Positions 13,021-23,720 of a stretch of DNA of 60,000 bases are shown here, piece by piece. Location: contig MU058059.1 of assembly GCA_013265495.1 (NCBI GenBank), positions 2,829,502 to 2,889,501 of the forward strand, written 5' to 3'. Positions within the stretch are counted from its first letter, which is position 1; each line of letters opens with the position of its first letter. Position numbers and translations under genes: made by a program. The stretch is from Vicugna vicugna. Lineage: Eukaryota. The notes beneath the pieces were generated by a model. It was given only the letters and a program-made list of their open reading frames with translations. It had not been told where the DNA came from and did not search any database.

Positions 13021-14745
13021 AGGGGTGAAGCAGAAAGACCCACACAAATGTCTAAGGTCTGGTTCTCCAGAAGGCAGGACTATAGAACAAAACCTAAAGA
13101 CGTCTGGTCCTGGGACACCTGGGACACTCCTGCCAGGTGCCCCACAGAGCGAGAGACAGGCCAGGGCATCCCAAGGGGACACAGCTGTGTGTAACTTTCA
13201 AGGTAGAAATGGCCGCACTGGGGCAGGGACCAGCCAAATCTTGGGGAACCCGGGCAGCAGGGCCAGCCCTGAGTGGGGCCACTCTCCTTGCACCCCAGAA
13301 ACCTCGGAACCTCACTGCCAACCAACACGTAACCCTAGGGCACATCCACGTCACCTGGGGAGCTTCTACACCACCCTGATGCAGGAGCCCCATTCCAGAC
13401 TTCCAGGTTCCAGACATCGCGGTCTGCACGGGACCCCCCTTGCCCTTGCTGTTTGAGCAGAAGCCTGGGCTTCCGTCTTCCAGAAAAGATAACATGAAGT
13501 CAGTCTTGGGGAAGTGTGGTCTCCAGAAAGCAAGAGGTTCGAGACCTGCTTCCCTCCCTTCTGGGCTTCCTGGGATGGGCAGAAGCGCCCACAGCATCCT
13601 CTGTTCACACTCCCCCGGCTGGAGCTCCCTGGGGGAGACTGAGCCCAGCCGCAGAGTCGGAGGGCTCTGTGCCCCGCCTCCATCGTAAAATGGCCTGCTC
13701 TGATAGTCGTGACAGCGGCACGCTCCGTGTCACCAGGCTGTCGCGGCGTCCCCAGTGTGATTGGAAATCCAGTTCCGCAGGGTGGGGGGAGCGAGGCAGC
13801 AGCTCCCTGGAGCGGTCATGCAGGATGGGTGCCAGTATAAATCCTTCCAACGACAAGCACAGAACGTGCTCGTACCGTTACTGTTGTGCCCAGGGCTCTG
13901 CTGCAATCCCTGTCTTCCTTGTGAGCGGCACCTCTGCCCACAGATGCCACGGGGCGTATCCACCCATCCCGGGAAGGTGCCTACCCAGAGCTTAAGCTGA
14001 TTTGTAACTACAGAGTGATGGATTTTGTTAGTAAATTTGTATCAGAATGAGGCAGTAATGTTCCCACACAAATTAATGTATCTCAGCAGACGTTCAATTT
14101 TTGAATATCCGGTTTTGAATATATATTACCTGATAATGTATAAACACGGAGTATATTTTATATTTCCACTCATTGTATCTCAGTCAAACCAGTAAACGTC
14201 CCAAATTGCAGAGGCACAGGAATTCGGTTTCCCGTTTCATCGAGTAGCAGCAGTTTGTTGTGGGGTAAGAGGAATGACCTGCTAACACGATTTTACAATA
14301 ACAGCAACGACAAACAAAGCTAAGGGTGTTGCTCCCTTAAGCGTCAGGTATCCGCAGCTGGGGGTGGGGAGAGGGTGCAGTGCCCGCCTGGACTTGCCTC
14401 TGCCCCTTAGTGAGTGACCTTTACCCGCTACTTGGTCTCCACCCTCCTCTGCAGATGGGGACAGTCATCGTGCTACTGGGGTGGGGCGGCGGCTACTTGA
14501 AGAGAAAGAATGAAACCTAGGGACACAAAAAAGTCATGCCTTGGAAGGAGCCCATGCAAGCAAGGGACCCGGAGGCTTTGGCATCATTCGTTTCACAGTA
14601 AATCTGCCGCTAAGTCAATAAATAAAGGAAGGGGGATGAATGAATGAAGCTTTGGTATCAGCTTGTCTGGGTCTTAAAAGTTGTTTGGTATTTTATTGGG
14701 ATCACGCTAAATTTATAAATTAAAATAAGGAACTGGCATCGCTGG

Positions 14746-14866
14746 GTTTTGGGGGGGAGGGAGGTAATTAGGTTTATTTTCTTGTTTATTTAATGGAAGT
14801 ACCAGGGGTTGAACTCTGGGCCTCATGCGTGCTAGGCACGTGCTCCGCCTCTGAGCTGTGCCCCCC
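14746..14866 (-). mobile_element. tRNA-derived SINE (vic-1-like)
   Basis: 'ggaggtaattaggtttatt...aatggaagtaccaggggttgaactctggg...ctgagctgtgccccccc'. Confidence 0.9.
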
Positions 14867-14979
14867 GGGAGCTGGCCCCTTTCCCCTGCTGAGCTCCTAG
14901 CCAAGACTGAGGGGTGCCTTCATGTTTGTTCTAGAAGCTGGAGGTGGGCGCTGAGTCTCCACGCTTTCACGTTCTTCCG

Positions 14980-15410
14980 TGTTGAAACCACCGCATGACG
15001 TTGAAGACACCCTGCTGCTGCTCCTGTGTGATGTGTCTTCTTTGTTCTTCTAGTTTTTCATCTTCTTTTGCTGTTTAGGAAGGTTTGAAGTTTGTTCTAG
15101 GGGTTTCCTTGTACTCACACCTTTTTAATTGCCCTGAGCCTCCAGTTATTTTACTTCCATCTTTGACCGTGTCTCTCGCTCATCGCCTGGACAACAGTCA
15201 GTGCGATCATTCTGCTTTCCTCTTGTCTGCGCCTTCTCGTCCACTTCTGGCTGAATTATTTCTCCTCTGTGTTAACATGTAACGCATGACATTAGCAGGC
15301 AGCGGGCAAAAGCTTACTCTCCTGCCCTTGTTTGACTTACTTAGTCACGGACCTTCAAGGACATACGTTAAGCGCTCACTAGAAGTCCTTTCACTGAGCC
15401 TTTCCCTTAA
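14980..15410 (-). mobile_element. old HAL1/L1M-like LINE fragment (left flank of the CBLB retrocopy)
   Basis: T/C-rich antisense LINE-like texture that appears continuous with the fragment on the other side of the retrocopy. Boundaries are approximate. Confidence 0.4.
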
Positions 15411-16415
15411 TTTTTTTTTTATGAAAACCACACATGTGGTGTTTTTTGTTTCGTTCTTGTTGTTGTTTGCTTTACTTTCTTGAAAATGAGAATCTTGAAA
15501 GCATCTTGTAACTGGGAGAAATGGAATTGGACCCGGGAAGTGGGAGTGGCGGGGTGTGATGGAGGTGATCTGAGTGGACACGTGACTCCGTGCTGATGCC
15601 GGCGGTGAGGGAGGTGGTGGGGGCGTCACAGCAGAGCTGACCGCTTGGCCAGGGGTCATCAAGAACACAGTACGGGTTAAAAAAAAAAACAGCAAAACCA
15701 AACACAATCTGCAGCCTCTCCAACTTGGAAAAGCACTTCACAGATTCAAAGTGCAAGGGAAGTAGATGTATTTATTTTGTCAGTTTAACCTTGATTTGAA
15801 AGCATGAGTAGCAAAAATAAGGGAGCCGCGGCCGCCGACCTCCCAGACAAGCAGCTGTGTTCCGAGAGGCAGCAGCTCCCAGCCGCTCCCTTCTCAAGAT
15901 GCCAAGTGAGGAAGAGACACCTTCTCTCTTGAATTCCACCTCCCTCCTCTCCTCACGCGCGCCTGCGGTACTCACGGGTGGCTTTACGTTTGGTGTTTAG
16001 GGTCCTGCCTGTTGTAGCCTTAGCTGAGGGGAGCCTGGAGTGGGGAAGGCCAATCCTTGGAGGATGCTGCAGGCCACTTCGACCTTCTCCAGGGCTGCCT
16101 CCAAGGCTCCCTCCACTTCTTCAAAGGCGTAACCCTCTCCTGTGAGTTTTGCGAGAGTTTTGCAATTTTCCCATCGCCATTTGCCAGTGCTGCCTCTGGC
16201 CGTGGGGTTCCTGTGGTGGGTTCCGGGCGCACCGGAGTCCTGTGGGGCTGTGGTTTAGGAGGTGTGCCTGGAGCTCGTGAGCGGAGAGGAAGGGAGCTGG
16301 TCGCAGTCCTGTGACGTTCTGTGGGAGCTGACATTTCCACCTGGCAGTCTCCTCACCGGAGGCAGAGGAAGCTGGGCCACTTGCTGGATCAGAAGAGGGG
16401 TTAGATGGCCGGTTC
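15411..16415 (-). pseudogene. CBLB: 5'-truncated processed pseudogene (retrocopy) of CBLB: C-terminal Pro-rich region, UBA domain, 3'UTR and A-tail
   Basis: Minus-strand translation across frameshifts reads [34 protein letters not shown]...PPKPQPHRT...HHRNP/[58 protein letters not shown]. This matches the CBL-B C-terminus as I recall it ([34 protein letters not shown]...PPKPRPRRT...[65 protein letters not shown]). The native stop position (16012-16014) now reads CAA. About 600 bp resembling the CBLB 3'UTR follows (GGAATTCAAGAGAGAAG..., ACTTCCCTTG, TACTGTGTTCTT, ACAAGATGCTTT), ending in A10 at 15411-15420. Confidence 0.93.
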
Positions 16416-16499
16416 GTGGTGAAAGGATCTCACTCGGGACCAGTCATGGAAGATCCGCACGGGCCAAGGTCTGGGGAAAGGGCGCCCTTCTCCCCAGTG

Positions 16500-17260
16500 T
16501 CCGCGTGTCGTCCACCCTCGTCCGCTGGTAGATTCCTCAACAGGGACTTACGGGCTGAGGGTCTCCTATGTTCTTGTCGGTTTAAAACTCTTTTTCTGTA
16601 ACTTTTATACATAAAGAATAGCTCGGCCTGATGTAAAATCTTGGGTCTATATTTTCCATGACTTTCTCTAAAAACACTGCTAAGTTGTTGCCTTACTCGT
16701 GTGTCATGTTTTAGGAACTGGGAGGCGGGTCTAAGTCTCTCACCCTTTTAAATGACTGGGTCTTTTTGCTTGGAAGCTTTGAGGATTTTCTCTTTATCTT
16801 TAAATTCTAGTAATTTCACCAAGACATGTCTCGGAGCCGAGTGTTCCTGCCCAGGTGCCCAGGCCCTGGCTGTCGGCTCCGGCTGCCTCTCCCCGCGCAG
16901 TCCGCCCGCCGCAGTGCCACACGCTGTCCCTTCGCCGCGGCCTCCGACCAGCCGGGCGGTGTGGTCACCCAGGCCTCTCTCGTGTCGGCCGCTTTCTCCC
17001 TGAGCCTGTCGGCTTCGTCTTCACATCACTGGCACTCTTTCAGCGACGTTTCCGCCTTTCTTCAGCGTACTCGTCGAATATGCAGGTACGTCTCTCTGTT
17101 GTGCGCCTCACGCCTCAGTTTCCGTGTCTGAGATCATTTTGTCTTCCTTCCTTTTCTTTCCTGAGATCCATGCACTCGCTCTTCATTTCTTCCGTTTCTG
17201 CCTGTTTCCGCGTCGGCTGTTGAATTTCGGATTCGGGCGGGGCTAGAGACCCGGCAGTGC
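16500..17260 (-). mobile_element. HAL1/L1ME-like ORF1-region fragment, antisense
   Basis: Typical motifs 'tgatgtaaaatcttgggtc' and 'tctttttgcttggaagctttgaggattttctctttatctttaaattctagtaatttcaccaagacatgtct'. The sequence becomes strongly GC/CpG-shifted after about 16830. Confidence 0.7.
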
Positions 17261-18050
17261 TTGCTGGGGTTTCACTCGGCGGCGTGGGTGTTACCTGCCG
17301 CTCACCTCCCGCGCCCCTCGGGGGCGCGGCTCCCGGTGCCGCGGCAGGTTCGCCCGCACGCGGTGCGCTGCCCCGGCCGCTGCGCGGGGAGTGCGGCCCG
17401 CCTGGCGGGGGCGCGGGGGCGGGGCTGCCTGCGCGTTCTGCCCCCCGCGCCCCGCGAGCCCGGCGGCGGCTCCGCCCGTGGCCTCTGCCCTCCGCGCTAG
17501 CCATCCTCCTCCTTGTACAGCTTCTCCCCCGGAAGCGACGCCCTTTGAAGATTGCCCCCTCCGGTCGCACTCAGTCACGCGGCGTCTTTGCACTTCAGTG
17601 ACTTGGGGTCCCTCTGGGGGGCCCCCCGAGGCTCCCACGTCACTGCACGTGCTGCCCCCCGCGCCCCGCGAGCCCGGCGGCGGCTCCGCCCGTGGCCTCT
17701 GCCCTCCGCGCTAGCCATCCTCCTCCTTGTACAGCTTCTCCCCCGGAAGCGACGCCCTTTGAAGATTGCCCCCTCCGGTCGCACTCAGTCACGCGGCGTC
17801 TTTGCACTTCAGTGACTTGGGGTCCCTCTGGGGGGCCCCCCGAGGCTCCCACGTCCCTCCTCCACTGGGTTTCCCAGCGCCCCGCTTCCGGAGTCCGGAG
17901 GTGGGAGCACGGCCGAGTCCGCTGGGGCTGGGCGCTTCCTCTCCGACTCACGGTCACTTACGGCTCGGACGTCCTCCCCCCCCGCCCCTCCCTGGTGTCC
18001 TGCAGCGGTTTCCGGGGGGGGGGGTCCAGATGCGTGGAGCTGCTGTGACT
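16830..18050. promoter_or_regulatory. CpG island (orphan)
   Basis: Very high GC and CpG density, with GC-box and G-run tracts (17403-17425). No recognisable first coding exon. Confidence 0.8.
17429..17855. repeat. tandem duplication, 2 x 214 bp
   Basis: 17438-17641 is repeated at 17652-17855 (ctgccccccgcgccccgcgagcc...gaggctcccacgtc) with no difference visible by eye. The first ~10 nt of the unit differ at 2 positions. Confidence 0.97.
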
Positions 18051-20619
18051 TCTACAACCCAGAATGTTTTATGTCTTCTTGATACACATCAAAGGAAAAA
18101 TTGCACCTGAGGTCTTGAAGATTAAAAAATGAGGTGCCTTGTGATGATTTTCAACACTTTGGAGGGTCCCAGAGTGTCTTGCATTTTAACGTTAACTCAG
18201 TGCCATGTGATAAACAACATCTTCCAAAACGTGATATCCTTGGAGGTCAAAACAATGAGGCATGTCCCTGGTGGTGTCACCATCAGGAACCTCTGCAGCG
18301 ACCTTGCCTGACTCTGCAGCCCTGTGACTCTTCACACCATGGTTCAGCGGACAGAGGGAGGCCGCGCAAGGCGCTGAGCTATGGGGAGGGGACAAGGTCC
18401 CTCAGAACACCTCCCCTCCCAGCACGCAGCCCCTCAGTCTTTGCTGATGACAGCCACTCTGATGTCTGGCTGCAGTGTTTCTGCTCACATTGGCACCAAA
18501 TTGCAATCCACCGTATCCTGGTGTTTGTCTCAATCAAAGAGAAGGAAAAGGATGAGTCTCTGACCAAGTGCAGTTACACAGCATGTGACATCTCTGCCGT
18601 GTTTTCTCTTCGCCCTGAGCCATCCTTCCCGCCAGACAGAGATACAGGAACAGAGACACACAAACACAGACAGACACAAAGCCTGCCCTATGTCCATGGT
18701 CCAGCCAGGTCTCCCGTGAGCCCCCTTCAAGTGCAGTGGGGACCTGGGATCCAACAGTCCTTAATCAGAGGAGGGGCAGGCAGCTGTGGGCGTCTCCTCC
18801 ACCCCGCGTGGCCCTGCTCCCAGCTCGGGGGGCTGCACGGAGGCCCTGCCTCTCGTAGCTTCCATCAGCCGAGCCTACCTTGAGGGGCCGGGTCTCTGCC
18901 TTCATCAGAGAACCTTGGTCCTCAGGACGTGGTGGTGTGTTGTGGAGGGAGCGCAAAGGGGAGGGTCAGGCTCTGTGAACATCTCATTTCTGGTGCAGAG
19001 GGCAGGGGGCTCACAGGGAGCAGCGGCCTTGACCCCGCTTGGTCCTCTCTCTGTGGTCCTGGCCCCACGCTGCCTCCTTTCCCACGTCCTGTGAGCAGCT
19101 GCACAGGGCAGCCTTCCCAACAGGAGAGGAAAAAACGAAAATCACAATATGGAATTCTGCGGTTTTTCTGCAGCATTTCCGCAGCTCCAAAGATTTCTTT
19201 TGTGCAAAAACAAAAGGAAAAAAAAAGCCTTTCATCTGCCAAGATTTTTACTTATCACATATGAAAGGAAACCGTCTTCCACACATTTTTGAAATGCTTT
19301 AAAAGTGGGTATCAAAGAGTCCGAGGCCCATTAATCTAAATTGCTTTAACACTTAGAGAAGAATAAAAGGCACTTTCTAAAATCTGCAAATGAGTGTAAC
19401 CTACAAAATTACAGATTAAATGCTGGGGGTGGGGGATAAAAACCCTGAGGTTGTCAGCTTGGAACAAGCATCTTTAAAGGGAGAGAGAAATATTACTTCA
19501 ATATTTTTAAATCATGTTTTGAAATAGATGAGAAAAAGAAAGATATGTACACAGACACGATGGAAAGAAACGGGGAAAAATTCTAGTTTGGCTAAAACTG
19601 ATCACCGTTACATTTCATTCAATAAAGTTTACCCAGGAGGGATCAGATGAGCTCCATGGATAGGCAATTTTTACCATCTTTGCAGAAACCCTTATATATG
19701 GATCTAAACTATTAAGTCACTTCTTCCCCCTGGAAAAAGGTACGAAGTTCTCCAGATTTAGACCTGAATCCTCAACTGACACAGTTGGTAGGGAAGGGGT
19801 CATCCTGCCTTTTCTTTTCTGTCTCTGCGTTTGAATTTATTATCCAGTATCTGATAGTAGAAATAGAATGGACGGTCTGTAACATTTGATAGTTTTGATT
19901 CTGCAGTCCCAGCCAGGTCGGGAAAGCTGTCATCCTGTTATAACACCTTAAATTTACATCCTGTGTGTCTCTAAGGAACTAGTAGAGTTTTACCAGACAA
20001 TTTTTACATCTAATTTATCCCATCACCATCCCTGACAGGTGGGTTCTGTGGAGCCGGGGTTGGCAGGGCGCCCCCACTGAGCAGTAATGAAGGTGAAGAC
20101 CAGGTTGTATTGCACACCTACTGTGCGCCAGCCTCTGTCCTTTGCATTCTGTCTCTCATTCAATCCTTGTGCCATTACTGTGTGGTTGACATTCGGGACA
20201 GACACTCACAATTCTCCAGCCTCCCCAGAAATGCATAGTCCAGTTCCCCCGACCCCTGGGGTCCCGCTGACTGTGGTCCTTACTTCGGTGACTGGAAAGT
20301 GAGCAAATGGGACGTCGCAGGGACTTCAGAAGGCATAGGCACTGAAGCTTCTTGAAACATTATCACCACGTGAACGAGCCCAGGCCAGCCTTAGACACCT
20401 GTAGCCCAGTCACCCCATCACGGCCGACAGCTGGACACGAATGAGGCCACCGTGGACTCACCAGTAGGCAGCCAGCCGGCCAGCCGACCTCACCCCCACG
20501 TACAAGCCCAGCTGAGACTGGCCAAGGGAAGTCTAAACCAGAAGAACCACCCAGCAGAGCGTGAGCCAAAATAAATGCTTTTCCACCCGTGACGCTGGCA
20601 ACAGTAAACAGCCAACCCA

Positions 20620-20730
20620 GCAAGACTAACCCCGTTTTACAAAACAGAAAGCTGGGCTCAGAGAGGCTTGGTCATTCGCCCAAGGTCTTCAGAGTCAGGA
20701 CTGTCTGATTACAAAGCACATGTAGGACCC
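20620..20730 (-). mobile_element. MIR fragment
   Basis: 'ccccgttttacaaaacagaaagctgggctcagagagg...gcccaaggtc' MIR core. Confidence 0.7.
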
Positions 20731-22584
20731 CTGGCATGGGAAGAAAATTTGGGGAAATTCCACGTGTTAAGCTTGAAAATGAAAATACTGCACCATTCTG
20801 GCTGGCCTCAAAGATTTTGAAAATAGTTGAAGACAAAGTCGACCTATATTTGGAGTTGATGTCAGTAGGGCCAAGGAATAGAACTTTCAAGAAAGCAAAA
20901 TTTATGTCAAAAAGAGAAATAAAGTGAAGACATCCAGAGTGATTTACAACAGAACAGTCGGCCACAGAGGGCATTACACCAGCAGCTAAGTGACACCCCC
21001 AGGTCAGTGACTCCCTCTTTGGGAATGTGTCCTGGGGGTGAGAACAGCACCCTTCCCTGCTCCGGGGTCCGTGTCCCGAGGGACGTGACGCGTCAGACCT
21101 TCTCTTAGAGTCTCGGCAATTCAAAGCAAGGACTGGGGGTGAAATCTGGCCCAGATGGAGATTCACATCGCCTCTGATGCGGTCAGTTGCCTTCGGGCTC
21201 ACCTTTCACAATGGGGGCAGTCGTCAGCCTGACCTTCTGACCACATTTTCTGCATCTCATGAAAGGCCACCCCAACACCTCTGTGCAGAACTACACCTTC
21301 CAATGATGCTGGCTTCAGTGACTTAGTGATCTACAAATCTTTAACATGTTGCTACATTCCAGCGTGTGTTATACTCAGCATCACTCTTTGCTGAGAGAAT
21401 TACACAGTGATTCAAAGAATTATCATTGTCAAGCATAAACCTGACACCATGTAAAATGTAAATAAAACACACCTCCCTGGACTGTTTTGAGAATTTTGAA
21501 GAAAAAAAAAGGAGCGACATAACTACAAGGAAAACTCCTTTCGGTAAAAAATAATGATCACTCAGAACATTGTTTCAGGGTCCTGTCGAGGTGTGACTCA
21601 GCCACTGAAAGGGCTCGACGTTCTCTTTTAATTAGTTTATTTAAATGTTTTTAATTGGATTGAACGTTGCTTCCTATAAAGAAAGAAATTCACATGCAGC
21701 GACCAGAGCAAGCAACCGAGTCTCTGTACCTGTTTCCCATAAGAGTTTCTTTGCTTAGTTGTGTGTTTTTTAGACTCTGTCCATCAGTGGAAATGGCTCT
21801 GGGCATCTTCTGTGGACTCAGGTTTACATTTCACATTTGAGTGAGCCGGTGACGTCTGGTGTTAGGGAAGTTTGTACAGAGATCCCTGCCCCCCTCCCCC
21901 GCTGCCGCCACCCCCGATAGTCCTCTGATAATGACCATCAGCATAAAAGCCTGATGTCATCTGGGAGGGGCTGGAGCAGAGCATTCACTCCACGTGGCTC
22001 AGAGCGGGGTAGTTATAGTACAGAACAAAGACACATCCCTAACAATATTCTGTATCGTTTTTAGCTACCGGGGCAGTAAAATAGATATCTCCACTGTTAG
22101 ACCCTTGTCAGGGTCTCAGAAGCACACCTGTCACACTTAGGGACACTTCAGCAGGGTCTGGGTCATTGGCTGTCACCTCTGTTTCTCATGATCTCTGCCG
22201 CCAGGAAAGAGCTTCTACTGCGTCCCTCTCCAAGGTGATGGCCGTTTAGACCCGACGGCCAACGGCTGCTCCATTTTTCCAGTGGTTACTGCAGGACAGT
22301 GATAACAGAAATTTTCATGTTCTGAGATATAGGTAAGTCATTCTTGCTTATACACAAGGTGACTTGAATTTGATGCTAACTAAAGCAGCCTGTTTGTGGC
22401 CTATCAAACATACATTGTACATCTGCTTTAATTATTAGAGAAAAGAGCACGCTGACCGGAAGTAAAGAAAGTCCATGTTAAAAATCCAGATTAAATGCCG
22501 CCCTTCCCGGGACGCCAGTGCTGGTCCTCCTTTGATGATGAGACCCCCCTCCCCGGGTGCGGAGGCCACGCTCACTCACCCTGT

Positions 22585-22808
22585 ACAAGCTGGTCTGTCT
22601 TTTTTTTGAAGACCTTGAAGGAATATATCCCTGACTTAATAATAAGTATTTGTTCTGACAAAATACAAAACTACTGGAAATCCTGCTTCTCCGGAGCAAC
22701 GCTTCAGCCATCTGAGAAGTGGGCTCTCAGGCCAGTCCTCAGTTTGGGCTCAAACAAAACTCCTTCCTCCTCTTCTTACTGATTGATTGTTGGTTGTATG
22801 TGTCGACA
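22585..22808 (+). mobile_element. ERV LTR 3' half (TATA-like/R/U5), ends in ...TCGACA
   Basis: Homologous to 40360-40555 ('cctgcttctc.ggagca...cagtcctcagtttgg.ctcaaacaaaactcc...tgattg'). Terminal CA. Confidence 0.7.
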
Positions 22809-22839
22809 GGAGGTAAGAGCCCTCCTCCAGCTGGCCTCC

Positions 22840-23720
22840 GTGAGCCTGCGCCCCGACCCCTCGTCCTGGTCCCTCCTGGCGGCTCCTCCTGGGTCACCCG
22901 GGAGACCTGCCCACGTCTCGCGATGACAGCGCCTGCTCTCTCGCGAGATGTGGGCACGTCCAGCTCCAGCGGCCACGGGAGGCGCCTGAGAGGAGGCAGG
23001 GCAGGCTGGCGTTCGGAGCTGGCGTCCCCCAGAAGGTCCGGCTTTAGGAGGAGAGGAGTAACTAGGTAACAGCCGTGTGTCGCGGGACGTTCGGACGAGT
23101 GCCTCTCTCAGTAACTCCCTCATTCCAGAAGGAGGTGCGGGCGGGTCTGTGGTCCTGCAGCGCCTGGCTCGGCCCCCTGCGAGGGCGCGAGGGGGTGCCC
23201 TGTGAGGTTGGGGCGGAGGGTTCCCGTAGGGAGACGGCGCGGGGATGGGGCACGGGCGCTACCGTCCGTTCTCAAGTCCAGTGCGGAGCTTTCGGGGAGA
23301 ACCCCGAGGGGGCGGAACCCTCCGCAACGCCTTGAGGGTGCAGGTTGACATCCGGCTGGCAGGTGAGTGGGGGCTGAAATCGAGAACACGTCTTCTGATT
23401 TGCCGCGGGCGCCACTGACGTTGTCCTGAAGGTCAGCTCCTCAGGGCCAAGCCGGCCGGGAAGCAGTCGGTGTGCTCTGGGGGGCGGGGAGACCCCGGAG
23501 AAGGAGGCTGCATGTGGCCGGCCACTGGCCACCCAGGGCGGGGGGAGAAAGTAAAGCTGCCCTGGCTGGAGGGCTGCACCCAGCCTCTCTCTGCAGCGAG
23601 GGGCTCGTGCACCCCCGCAGGGAGCGGGAAAGGTCAGGGACAGACTATCTCATCCCGTCAGCGAATATTCCACCAACAGCAGCATTCAAAGCTGGTGAGG
23701 GCGCGGCGAGAGGGCCACCC
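22840..23720. promoter_or_regulatory. CpG island, promoter-like (GC boxes, RFX X-box)
   Basis: CpG-rich. GGGGCGG boxes at about 23210 and 23309, X-box-like GTAACTAGGTAAC at 23058-23070, and a consensus donor CAG|GTGAGT at 23360-23368. Confidence 0.7.

Noticed and set aside
15968..15978. Minus-strand GTGAGT donor after the CBLB coding remnant
   Set aside because: Weak exon-side context (CCC|GT) inside mutated 3'UTR sequence, likely incidental.
16020..16340. 106-aa minus ORF as a functional CBLB-like protein
   Set aside because: Only short parts (PPKP..., [15 protein letters not shown]) are in the CBLB frame and the UBA core is in another frame, so it is a pseudogene.
18134..18883. Longest ORF in the window (249 aa)
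   Set aside because: Non-ATG start, no recognisable domain and no exon structure. Expected by chance in GC-rich DNA.
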